The position numbers and the translations under genes were made by a program. This document shows positions 10,176-19,592 of a stretch of DNA of 64,000 bases, in pieces. The stretch lies in the NCBI GenBank assembly GCA_040220235.1, contig JAVJTO010000112.1; one strand, written 5' to 3'. Origin of the DNA: Coleofasciculus sp. B1-GNL1-01. Lineage in GTDB: Bacteria > Cyanobacteriota > Cyanobacteriia > Cyanobacteriales > Coleofasciculaceae. A model generated the notes under the pieces. The model saw nothing but the letters and a program-made list of their open reading frames with translations. It had not been told where the DNA came from and made no database searches. The stretch's first letter is position 1, and the number at the start of each line of letters is the position of its first letter.

Positions 10176-10265
10176 GCATAACAACATCACGACATCGAAG
10201 CCAAGTTAGTCTGTCGCTGAGTTTGAGATTTGACTTACACTCTTAGTTAACTTACGCCGTCACTC
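10176..10265 (+). other. Possible degenerate integron attC site
   Basis: Begins GCATAACAA about 100 bp after the SIR2-TIR stop and ends GTTAACTTACGCCGTCA; complementary GTTATG at 8695 upstream of the gene. Confidence 0.35.
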
Positions 10266-10329
10266 TATCTGGGTAATAAGGAAACTCGGTATGTATGAGA
10301 AGCGATCGCACTCCATACACACTCGTTGA

Positions 10330-11487
10330 TTAACTGGCAATTTCTTCAAGTGTTTGCTCAGTCATAAACAGCCGATCCTCCAATTCAATATCGCTAATAC
10401 CCAACATTTCCGCTACCCGTCGCAGGGATAACTTTTCCATTAGAACAGCACGATAGGCAAGTTCTCGGAAAATTCTAGGTAAACGTTTTTCTACAGGAAG
10501 AAAACCCTCTCCACTCTCCTCAAACGAAGAACTATAACCCAAATTTTGAGATAAACGTGTGGGCTGAATCTGCTTAAAGTCTTCCTGAGAACCTGCGAGT
10601 TGATGTTCCAAATCCAATCGAATTAACATTTCTTCATAGCTAACACCGAAGTAGTGAGCTAAATGCACAACTTCCGCCGGATGCCTAACCCGTTTGATGC
10701 CCAAATTATGTAAACGTTCCTGCAATGCTGCGGAAGGAATCAGAAAATAGGCAGAAAAATTTTCAGCAAAACATTCCAATGGATTAGTAACTCCATGGTG
10801 ACAAAGAATAGCAGGTTGGTCATGTTGATAGAGACAATGAGCTAATCCATGAGCCAAGCTAAAAGAGAGACGAGTATCAGTCTGGGTTTGGTTAATAGCA
10901 ATAATATTCCCCAGTTTAGGATGAGACGAAAATAGCCCAGATATAGCATTTTGTTCCTTACCAAAGGGAATGATAAATATCATTAATTCTTGAGCCTCTA
11001 AGAAGCTTCGTAAATTAACGAGAGGAGCCATTCCCAAGTTGTAGTGATATCGAGCCTTTTGAGCCGCTAACACCGCCGTCTCAGTTTCCGGTAAGAGGCG
11101 ATTGGCAAGAGGAGCAAAAGGTGGGTGAGAAACGCCAGGAAAAGGAGTGTCAGTCTGAGTGTAGAGTTCCTCTAGGGCATAAATTTTTTCAATCAAATGG
11201 GCAATTCCCGCCTTACTGGAAGCAGAAATAGTTTCAGAATTAAGCCGTAACGCTTCTTCCCAGTCGGATTGAACAGTTTCTTCGCCAAACAGCGATCGCA
11301 GTGGTACTCCGTAAAGCCGAGATAGACGTTCTAAGGTAAGAGCATCCACCCGACGCTTCCCGCTCTCATACTGGTTTAGAGCCGCCGCCGTGACATCTAT
11401 AACTTGAGCGGCTTCGGTTTGACTTATTCGAGAACGCTCACGCGCTAGCCGCAGGCGCTGACCTAAAATTTCGTAATTCATGTTCAT
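10330..11487 (-). CDS. XRE-HTH plus ImmA/IrrE (DUF955) metallopeptidase-like protein
   Basis: N-terminal HTH (LRLARE...SQTEAA...QYESGKR), ISGLF, FSLAHGLAH (HEXXH variant), LAHYFGVS. Confidence 0.9.
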   Translation of the reverse strand: MNMNYEILGQRLRLARERSRISQTEAAQVIDVTAAALNQYESGKRRVDALTLERLSRLYGVPLRSLFGEETVQSDWEEALRLNSETISASSKAGIAHLIEKIYALEELYTQTDTPFPGVSHPPFAPLANRLLPETETAVLAAQKARYHYNLGMAPLVNLRSFLEAQELMIFIIPFGKEQNAISGLFSSHPKLGNIIAINQTQTDTRLSFSLAHGLAHCLYQHDQPAILCHHGVTNPLECFAENFSAYFLIPSAALQERLHNLGIKRVRHPAEVVHLAHYFGVSYEEMLIRLDLEHQLAGSQEDFKQIQPTRLSQNLGYSSSFEESGEGFLPVEKRLPRIFRELAYRAVLMEKLSLRRVAEMLGISDIELEDRLFMTEQTLEEIAS

Positions 11488-11579
11488 CTGAATTAGCCTG
11501 AAAGAGGCTGATGCTGATTATTACATTAACAGAATGTTAATATAATATTTTATATTTATTTTAGTTAACAGTTATTATT

Positions 11580-12209
11580 ATGACACAAATTATTATAGAT
11601 ACCGTAGTCCTGCGGGTGATGAGTTTTGCCCACCCCCAAGGAATAGAAATTCTGCTGGACGCTATCAATGTCTCCTGTGGGCGGTTTCCCACTGAAGTTT
11701 ATAACCGTGATGAGGATAATCTTCCTCTAAAAGTCAACGATGAGGAGTTAAGTGAACTAGCGAGGGGACTGCGATACGCTCAGCGTCAGATACAACAACT
11801 CCCGCCAACAGAATCTCGGCGTTTCCAAACTTGGCTCAAAAATGCAGAGCAGCTTAATCATCATTTTGATCAAGGAAGCCTTGTGGTTGAAATTTTGACG
11901 GTGGAAGAACTCTACAAGCGAGAGATGCTTCAGATAAACTATCCACAGTTAGGCAAAGGTGAGGTGGCTTGCTTGGTGCTAGCCCAGCGTTACCAAGTGC
12001 AAGCAGTATTTCTTTCGTCGGATGATAAAGCTTGTGAAGTAGCCAAAGAGTTGAAAATTCCCCATCTGACTTTGCCAGATATTCTTGAGGCTTGGGTGCA
12101 AACGAAGCAGCCAACGCCAGAAGAACTCAATACCCTAATTGAAGGCATGGCTAACGCGCAATTTGGTTTGAAACGGAGCTTTATAGAACAACTGCGACAG
12201 CGATTATAG
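11580..12209 (+). CDS. PIN-domain protein (DUF3368-like)
   Basis: IIIDT, LGKGEVACLVLA and FLSSDDKA acidic PIN motifs. Confidence 0.75.
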   Translation: MTQIIIDTVVLRVMSFAHPQGIEILLDAINVSCGRFPTEVYNRDEDNLPLKVNDEELSELARGLRYAQRQIQQLPPTESRRFQTWLKNAEQLNHHFDQGSLVVEILTVEELYKREMLQINYPQLGKGEVACLVLAQRYQVQAVFLSSDDKACEVAKELKIPHLTLPDILEAWVQTKQPTPEELNTLIEGMANAQFGLKRSFIEQLRQRL

Positions 12210-12288
12210 CGTTTCTCATCAGGATAGATAGGGGGGGTGAGGGCGCAAGCCTTGCGCCCCTACATTCACCTCTTCTGTGAGTCGCTGA
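12206..12288. mobile_element. MITE-like element with central REP palindrome
   Basis: TAGCGTTTCTCA ... TGAGTCGCTG imperfect ends around GGGCGCAAGCCTTGCGCCCCTAC. Confidence 0.5.
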
Positions 12289-13560
12289 TCAGGCTGGATT
12301 CGATTACTAATGGCAATTTGGCAAGATAGAGCGATCGCACTCCCAAATTTTCTGGCATCCTAGAGATGATTACCTGTCCCCTAGAACAGCTTCATGCCTC
12401 TTTCCAACTGCACTAATCCAGAAACCCCACCAGCATCTCAACCCACAGACGTTGATTGGCGTAGAGGTTTTGCCCCATGAAGCCAGATAGCAAGTACCAG
12501 CCACTCTGGGCATTTCTGCAAGAGAGTAATCAAGATGAAGTCATTCTCACCTTTGCAGAAATTGAGGAAATCATGAATGACACCTTACCCGACTCAGCAC
12601 GGAAAAAACGGGCATGGTGGAGCAATCGCAGTAAAGGCGCACTGCAAGCTTCTGCTTGGATGGAAGCCGGATATCGGGTTGAAGATGTGGATTTTGAGCA
12701 ACAACGGGTGACATTCCGCCAACCTACGGCTAAACCCAAAGTTCCGCATCTGGGTGACACTGTGCTATGGAATGCTCAACTCATCAAGGCACTACGTCGC
12801 CATACGGGTTTGACACAGGCAGAATTTGCTCAAAAGCTTGGTGTGTATCAGCAAACCGTTAGCCAGTGGGAAAACAGCGCTTATGAGCCGACTCTGGCTA
12901 CATCGAAATATCTTATGTTAGTCGCTGATCAGGCTGGATTCGATTACTAATGACAATTTGGCAAGATAGAGCGATCGCACTCCCAAATTTTCTGGCATCC
13001 TAGAGATGGTCAAGAGTCCCCTAGAACAGCTTCATGCGCCTTTCCCACTGCACCAAGAAAGAAATCTCGCCAGCATCTCAACCCACAGACGTTGATGGGC
13101 GTAGAGGTTTTGCAGCATGAAGCCAGATAGCAAGTACCAGCCACTCCTGGAATTTCTGCAACAGAGCAATCAAGCTGAAATAAGTCTCACCTTTGCAGAA
13201 ATCGAGAAACTCATGAATGACACCCTACCCGACTCAGCACGGAAAAAACGGGCATGGTGGAGCAATCGCAGCAAAGGCGCACTGCAAGCTTCTGCTTGGA
13301 TGGAAGCCGGATATCGGGTTGAGGATGTCGATTTCGAGCAACAACGGGTAACATTCCGCCAACCTACAGCTAAACCCAAAGTTCCGCATCTGGGTGACAC
13401 TGTGCTATGGAATGCTCAACTCATCAAGGCACTACGTCGCTATATGGGTTTAACTCAGGCAGAGTTTGCCCAAAAGCTTGGTGTACGACAGGCGACAGTT
13501 AGTCAGTGGGAAAACAGCGCTTATGAGCCGACTCTCGCTACATCTAAATATTTAAGCCTG
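12281..13560 (+). repeat. Tandem direct duplication, 640-bp period
   Basis: GTCGCTGATCAGGCTGGATTCGATTACTAATG at 12281 and 12921; intergenic and coding sequence both repeated. Confidence 0.93.
12477..12950 (+). CDS. DUF7662-like domain plus XRE HTH protein, copy 1
   Basis: SKYQPL...LTFAEIE...LPDSA...AWWSN...AWMEAGY; C-terminal LTQAEFAQKLGV...VSQWE. Confidence 0.85.
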   Translation: MKPDSKYQPLWAFLQESNQDEVILTFAEIEEIMNDTLPDSARKKRAWWSNRSKGALQASAWMEAGYRVEDVDFEQQRVTFRQPTAKPKVPHLGDTVLWNAQLIKALRRHTGLTQAEFAQKLGVYQQTVSQWENSAYEPTLATSKYLMLVADQAGFDY

Positions 13561-13602
13561 ATTGCAGAACAAGTTGGATTTCACGTCATAGAAGAAGACT
13601 AG
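13117..13602 (+). CDS. DUF7662-like domain plus XRE HTH protein, copy 2
   Basis: Near-identical paralog of 12477..12950. Confidence 0.85.
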   Translation: MKPDSKYQPLLEFLQQSNQAEISLTFAEIEKLMNDTLPDSARKKRAWWSNRSKGALQASAWMEAGYRVEDVDFEQQRVTFRQPTAKPKVPHLGDTVLWNAQLIKALRRYMGLTQAEFAQKLGVRQATVSQWENSAYEPTLATSKYLSLIAEQVGFHVIEED

Positions 13603-13715
13603 AACACTCAAACTAATTTCAAGGAGGGTATTTACATATTGATGCTCTACCGCATATATTGTATATAGTTACTGACACAAAAATTCGGTAAAGCATCTAC
13701 CTCAATAGTAAAGCT

Positions 13716-14060
13716 ATGCAACCCATACGCCATCGCATCAACCCCAAAACCTTCGTCATCACCCTTGGGCAAATCGCCAAACACCTGAACATCCCCCAAG
13801 AGCGTATCCTTAACTGGGAAAAATGGCATAACGTTCTTTGGGTACATATCAAAGGAATCGGGGGTTACTTCGTCAGTTATCGCCAAATTGAACAGTGGAT
13901 TGCCGCTTGTCGCACGCTTATACGCTACTGTCCTAACCTCGACGCCCTCGATCGCCTCTGGCAATCAATCTGCATTGAAGCCCAACGTTATACACCAGAG
14001 GCATTATCCCGACTTGAAATAATCCACCAGCAGCGATATGTCTATTTATCCAACCGCTAA
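13716..14060 (+). CDS. Hypothetical protein
   Basis: 114-aa ORF, first of three co-oriented genes. Confidence 0.7.
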   Translation: MQPIRHRINPKTFVITLGQIAKHLNIPQERILNWEKWHNVLWVHIKGIGGYFVSYRQIEQWIAACRTLIRYCPNLDALDRLWQSICIEAQRYTPEALSRLEIIHQQRYVYLSNR

Positions 14061-14143
14061 CAAACCTAAATATCACAAGCCAGCATCAAGTTTGCGACGC
14101 TTCCTGCCGACTTGTGACTACCCCGTAAACGGAGACTTTTACC

Positions 14144-14731
14144 ATGTTAAAACCAAACTGTCCCCCTGGTGAACTCACCTACCAGCAAGGCTATCAACAA
14201 GCGTTAGAGGATTTCGCGATCGCGCCTCTATTCACTCGCCTGGAAACCTACTCTGAGCCTGACTTTGATGCTGCTGGGATGCAGCTTACCCCATCCGAAC
14301 TGGAAAGCCTCGCCGCTATCCTGATCCGAGACTTAACTGCCAACCTGAACGGAAACGCGATCGCACCTTATCTCAACGCCCTACGTCACGGTAGCACTGA
14401 TTTACTGCACAGCTTCAGTTTCCGGCGATTTCTTTTCCCATCCATTCACCTACCCGCCAACTTTCCCCAGGTCAAACCCCCTCGTTTTGGAGACGGAGAC
14501 AAACTGAAATGGACAAGCGATCGCCAAGATAATCTTAAATCACCAGACTGGGGGATTGCGATCGGCAGATTTTACAGCTTTGCGCCCCACCACTGTGCTT
14601 GGACATGGTGCTATCTAATTTGGCTAGACCAACGTTCCCCCAGTTCTCGGTGGACGGTAGCTGATACGGCTTGGGAAGACGATCTCGAACCCTTCGGCTT
14701 TGCTCAGGGTCAACCCTTGGAGGACGCCTGA
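14144..14731 (+). CDS. Hypothetical protein with Trp-rich, possibly SH3/KOW-like C-terminal domain
   Basis: GGAGA RBS; PRFGDGD...DWGIAIGRFY...WCYLIWLD...AWEDDLE; stop overlaps the next start (TGATG). Confidence 0.7.
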   Translation: MLKPNCPPGELTYQQGYQQALEDFAIAPLFTRLETYSEPDFDAAGMQLTPSELESLAAILIRDLTANLNGNAIAPYLNALRHGSTDLLHSFSFRRFLFPSIHLPANFPQVKPPRFGDGDKLKWTSDRQDNLKSPDWGIAIGRFYSFAPHHCAWTWCYLIWLDQRSPSSRWTVADTAWEDDLEPFGFAQGQPLEDA

Positions 14732-15036
14732 TGAGAAGTCCCCGTCCAATCACCGAACGCGAACTCACGTTAATTGACCTCTACGGCTACTGTCAACTGG
14801 GAATGACGCCGCAACAATTTTACGCCAAATGGCAGGTGAATCATGAAACCATTGCCTTTATCTGCGATCGTTCCATGTCTACCGTCGCAAGCTGGTTTAG
14901 AAGAGGTCGCAACTATCGCCGTCCTCAACCCAGAGATTTGCGCCATCTTGCCTTGATGGACTTTGTGTTAGAACGCTATGAAGATATTCCGGGTGAATTG
15001 TTAGACTGGCTTTGCCCTCCTGAGTCTAATCCATAG
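14731..15036 (+). CDS. Small HTH-like DNA-binding protein
   Basis: MTPQQFYAKWQV...IAFICDRSMSTVASWF; translationally coupled to the upstream gene. Confidence 0.7.
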   Translation: MRSPRPITERELTLIDLYGYCQLGMTPQQFYAKWQVNHETIAFICDRSMSTVASWFRRGRNYRRPQPRDLRHLALMDFVLERYEDIPGELLDWLCPPESNP

Positions 15037-15176
15037 AAAATCTTAAGCAGAATGTCACCGACTTGAGGTTGGTGGGCAATGCCCACCCTACGGCATATCA
15101 AGGATTTTGGTGATCCAAAAATGCTTGCTTCATTGCCATTCCTCTTGAGAAACACATTCTGACTCAAGGACTTAAG

Positions 15177-15500
15177 TAAAGGGCGACCCGACCCAATTGA
15201 ATGGACTGGTGTTGAAAATTAGAGCAAGCGGGTCGCCCCTACAGTTTCCAAATGACAAATGACAAATGACGAATGACGAATGACGAATGACAAATGACAA
15301 ATGACAAATGACAAATGACGAATGACGAATGACAAATGACGAATGACGAATTCGGGTAGTATTCTTTAAATGTATGGCATCACCTTGCTCAGGAAAAATG
15401 TACCCTTGCTCCCCCAGCTCCCCCAGCTCCCCCAGCTGACACACCGAGCGAAGTCGAGGTGTTCCCCCGCTCCCCCTCACCACAACACTTATTCAGCAGC
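15177..15500. repeat. Repeat cluster: long REP, STRR (AATGACA/G)n and (GCTCCCCCA)n
   Basis: Seen directly; the REP is an inverted copy of those at 39120 and 39218. Confidence 0.85.
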
Positions 15501-15506
15501 CTCTAC

Positions 15507-16556
15507 TTAGGTTTGCCGTTCTTTGGCTAATTCAATCAACTGATCCACCAATTGAGGGAATGGTACACCAGTGGCTGCCCACAGTTGAGGATACATACTG
15601 GTGGCGGTGAAACCGGGTAAGGTATTGACTTCATTAATCAAAACCTCCCCTGTCGCCTCTACATAAAAGAAATCCACCCGTGACAAACCAGCCGCATCCA
15701 CCGCCGCAAATGCCTTGAGTGCCATCTCCTGAATCTGACGACTCACACTATCCGGTAACGGTGCGGGAATCGATAACGTGGCACGACCTTCGGTATACTT
15801 AGTTTCATAGTCGTAGAAATCGCTGGTATAACTAATTTCACCCACTACAGATGCTTTAGGATGATCATTCCCTAAAACCGCACATTCCACTTCCCGCGCC
15901 ACGACTCCCGCTTCTACAATAATCCGGCGATCATAACTGGCGGCACTATCTAACGCCGTTTCTAACTCACTTCGCGATCGCACTTTGGCAATACCTACTG
16001 ATGATCCTAAATTAGCAGGTTTAACAAAACAGGGATATCCCAAGGTTTCCTCAATCTGATCACACAGTTTCGGGAAAACACAGGGATTTGACCACACTTG
16101 GGCGCGATTCAATCCCTTATACTTCACTTGGGCGAGTCCCACTTGATCAAATACCTGTTTCATGGCAATTTTATCCATTGCCATGGCTGAACCTAAGACA
16201 CCCGAACCCACACAAGGAACCTGCATTAACGTTAACAAGCCTTGAATCGTGCCATCTTCGCCATTGGGTCCGTGCAAGATGGGAAACCAAACCTCCACGT
16301 CAGCCACCTGAGGTGGAAATTGCCAGAGGTTTCCGTCTCCATTGGCTTCTAGAGGCGTTCCCGATGCCAAAACCTGCTGGGCGATGTCTGGGGATTGCCA
16401 GATGCCATCTTTTTGAATATAAAAGGGTACAACCTCATACTTTTCCGTATTCGGTGGCGTACTCAACGCTTTCGCGATCGCTTGTGCTGAACAAATCGAA
16501 ACCTCGTGTTCTCCTGAGCGTCCTCCAAATAGCAGTCCGATTCGTACTTTTGTCAT
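15507..16556 (-). CDS. ddl: D-alanine--D-alanine ligase
   Basis: [43 protein letters not shown]. Confidence 0.97.
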   Translation of the reverse strand: MTKVRIGLLFGGRSGEHEVSICSAQAIAKALSTPPNTEKYEVVPFYIQKDGIWQSPDIAQQVLASGTPLEANGDGNLWQFPPQVADVEVWFPILHGPNGEDGTIQGLLTLMQVPCVGSGVLGSAMAMDKIAMKQVFDQVGLAQVKYKGLNRAQVWSNPCVFPKLCDQIEETLGYPCFVKPANLGSSVGIAKVRSRSELETALDSAASYDRRIIVEAGVVAREVECAVLGNDHPKASVVGEISYTSDFYDYETKYTEGRATLSIPAPLPDSVSRQIQEMALKAFAAVDAAGLSRVDFFYVEATGEVLINEVNTLPGFTATSMYPQLWAATGVPFPQLVDQLIELAKERQT

Positions 16557-16766
16557 GTTTTCGTGAATTGTTAATGGGTCAACAACTTATCCTACTTGGT
16601 CATGGCGGGTTTCGTAATACTCGGATCTAGCAGCCGTCTCAATACAACGAGTTTAAGTAGGGTGAGCAACACTTATAAACTTAGAGACACTTAATATTAT
16701 CATTAGTGGGGCTTACCCACCCTCCTGCGGACAAAGGACGAATGACATAAGACTAATGACAAATAG

Positions 16767-18551
16767 TCATAAACCATACAGCAGAATAATTAACGGGGGA
16801 ATAACAACAGTCATCAAAAGACTCAAAGGAGCGCCCACGCGGAAAAAGTCCAAAAACCGATAACCTCCTGCACTGTAGACCATCGTATTGGTTTGATACC
16901 CAATCGGTGTCATAAAACTATTTGATGCTGCGAAGGTGACAGCAAACATAAAGGCAAAGGGATTGAGATCCAACGTCTGAGCCACTTGCACTGAAATGGG
17001 TAAGAGTAAAACCACCGAAGCGTTATTGGATAACACCTCAGTCAATAATGCCGTAATCAGAAAGAAAAACGTCAGCATCCAGTAGGGTGAAAAACTACTG
17101 CCTAGGGAAATTAAATTATCGGCTAACCATTTAGTCGTTCCCGAATTTTCCATGGCAATTCCCAACGGAATTAATCCAGCCAAGAGAAAGATAATATCCC
17201 AGCGAACAGCACTATACACTTCCCCGGGTTTCAGACAGCCCGTGACGACCATTAAAACCACTCCCGCCAAGGCACTAACCAAAATTGGTAATAGGTTAAA
17301 CGCCGCAACGAGAACAACACCCACACCAATTGCTACAGCAATTCCAGCTTTTTCTCGCCGTAACGACTCCATGTCTCGTTGCTCAAAGACTAACAAATCG
17401 CGACTGTTTTGTAATCCAACAAAACTTTGTTTAGGTCCTTGTACCAAGAGCAAATCCCCAAACCGTAAGGGAACTTTCCCCAACCGTTCCCGAACAAATT
17501 CTTGTCCACGACGAATGGCTAATACCGTCAGGTTATAGCGTTGCCGAAATCGAAAGTCTTTAAGGGTAGATCCGGCTAGATCCGAGTTGGACAAGATTAA
17601 GACTTCTGCGATCGTATCTTCCCCAGAGGTTAAATCTTCTTCGATGGGTTTCTTGCCAAATTGGACATCGGGTAAAATATCGATCCCCCGTTCCACTTTA
17701 ATATTCAGTAAACATTCCCGTTTACCCCGGACAATTAAAATATCTCCAGGCTGCAATATTTTATCAGCCAGAGGTTGGGCGAAACGGGTGTCGTTACGGA
17801 TAATCTCCAGTACGTCCATATCAAATTTACGCTGAATTTGAGTCGAACGTAACGTTTGTCCAACCAAGCTGGAACCTGGTGGAATCACAATTTCACTCAC
17901 ATAGTCTTGAAGTCCATACTCTTGAGTATCACTACCCGCCACTTTTTTATTGGGTAAGAGTCGGGGCGCAATGAACACCAAATAGGTTAAGCCAATCGTG
18001 AATGTGAGCAGTCCTAATTTGGTGAATTGAAATAAACTAAATGTACCGTACCCCAATTTATCCGACAAACCACTCGCCAAAATATTGGTGGATGTACCAA
18101 TTACGGTAATCATTCCCCCTAAAATACTGGCATAAGACAAAGGGATGAGAAGCTTGGAGGGAGAAATCCGCTGTTGGCGACATAAATCTTCCACAATCGG
18201 CAGAAAGACAGCCAAGACAGCCGTATTATTAATTACACCACTAATCGGACCCGCAATTACCCCCAACGCTAAAATCTGCTGCGAGGAGGTTTTACCTCCC
18301 CACTTCAACAGGAGTTCGCTGACGACTTGAATCGCACCCGTGCGGGCAATTCCTGCACTGAGGATAAACATTGCCATTACGGTAATCGTGGCGGAACTAC
18401 TAAACCCAGATATGCCTTCCTCTGGGGTGACTAATCCCAGCACAATTAGCAGCACCATGATGGTGAGTGCGGTAATATCAACGGGCAACCATTCGCTGAT
18501 AAATAAAATCAGAGTCAGTCCGATAATACCAAGGGTGAGCAGAATTGTCAT
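16767..18551 (-). CDS. SLC13/CitMHS-family permease with two TrkA-C domains
   Basis: IGTSTN, SNNA and TPIGYQTN motifs; central RCK-C repeats. Confidence 0.92.
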   Translation of the reverse strand: MTILLTLGIIGLTLILFISEWLPVDITALTIMVLLIVLGLVTPEEGISGFSSSATITVMAMFILSAGIARTGAIQVVSELLLKWGGKTSSQQILALGVIAGPISGVINNTAVLAVFLPIVEDLCRQQRISPSKLLIPLSYASILGGMITVIGTSTNILASGLSDKLGYGTFSLFQFTKLGLLTFTIGLTYLVFIAPRLLPNKKVAGSDTQEYGLQDYVSEIVIPPGSSLVGQTLRSTQIQRKFDMDVLEIIRNDTRFAQPLADKILQPGDILIVRGKRECLLNIKVERGIDILPDVQFGKKPIEEDLTSGEDTIAEVLILSNSDLAGSTLKDFRFRQRYNLTVLAIRRGQEFVRERLGKVPLRFGDLLLVQGPKQSFVGLQNSRDLLVFEQRDMESLRREKAGIAVAIGVGVVLVAAFNLLPILVSALAGVVLMVVTGCLKPGEVYSAVRWDIIFLLAGLIPLGIAMENSGTTKWLADNLISLGSSFSPYWMLTFFFLITALLTEVLSNNASVVLLLPISVQVAQTLDLNPFAFMFAVTFAASNSFMTPIGYQTNTMVYSAGGYRFLDFFRVGAPLSLLMTVVIPPLIILLYGL

Positions 18552-18621
18552 AGTGGGTGAGATGCATTAGTGGCAAATGGCGTTCGGGTTAGCCCTGAAT
18601 CTAATATACTCGTTGAAATTA

Positions 18622-19080
18622 TTAATCCGTCCCTTGATACATCTGTTCAGCCACCCGTTTCAGGCGGCGTAGCTGGGCTTTCATATCCTGCTGTGTCCAA
18701 CTTGTGGCAAAGGTATCAAAGCCCCAACTGACGAGAGGATTGGGAATTTCAAACTCAAAACGATTCAGCAGCCTCGTACCTCGAATTGTGGGTTGACATT
18801 CCCAGCGATCGCGCCCTTGGAAGAATCCTTGGAATTGCCAAACGACTAAACCGGGTTCGCGTTCCACAACGACGCTGTTGAGGGTAGGTTGGACTAGAGG
18901 AATTTGAATCACAAAGCGACTGCGACTCCCGATATCTGTACTCCACTCACCCACCGGATAGCAACGCAGGGCTGGATTGAGCCAGCGGTGCATCAGCGTC
19001 AGATCCGTGATACAGCGCTCAACAGTAGTGGCACTGGCTTTTATGGGGATAGATTGTTCAAAAACTTGAGAATTGGACAT
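18622..19080 (-). CDS. SRPBCC/polyketide-cyclase-like protein
   Basis: FEQSIPIKAS...MHRWLNP...LRRLKRVAE. Confidence 0.85.
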   Translation of the reverse strand: MSNSQVFEQSIPIKASATTVERCITDLTLMHRWLNPALRCYPVGEWSTDIGSRSRFVIQIPLVQPTLNSVVVEREPGLVVWQFQGFFQGRDRWECQPTIRGTRLLNRFEFEIPNPLVSWGFDTFATSWTQQDMKAQLRRLKRVAEQMYQGTD

Positions 19081-19592
19081 TTAAAGCGATAATAGCGTCT
19101 CGATAGCTGGTAATCTGACTTGTATTACTACAGCGCCAGCTCGCTGTGTCTGACTCAATCCGGATTGAATCTCCTCTATTGTGCAAAAAGGGAGGAAGAC
19201 GAGGCAAATCGGAGATCAGGACACTCTTGGCAACGCCAGATGAGGGATGAGAGCATCGGGTTTTCCGATCGGCTTCACTTGCCTCACCTATTTGACAAAG
19301 AGAGATGCTATACCCTGATGAACGCCAAAAAAAGCTGATTTGAGGTAAAAAACTAACATAAGCTTGATTTTTGTCACCAAATTCCCCATAAAGATAGAGG
19401 TGACGCCGTAATCAGTGGGACACCGATAGCAAGGACGCTCGGAGGCGAAAAATCTTGAATTAGCCCAAAAACATGGAGACAAAGATATCGATGGATTGAG
19501 AGGATTATAAATACTCGATGAGTTGTAGCCTGAAAGTCACAGATTATGTGTGACTGCGTTTACTGTTAGAGAGTAATTAGATAAGGAAGACT

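Noticed and set aside
12281..13602. Diversity-generating retroelement template/variable repeat pair
   Set aside because: No reverse transcriptase in the window; differences are not adenine-specific and the repeat covers whole genes plus intergenic DNA
15172..15483. 103-aa ORF with HSSFVI repeats
   Set aside because: Translation of STRR and REP sequence
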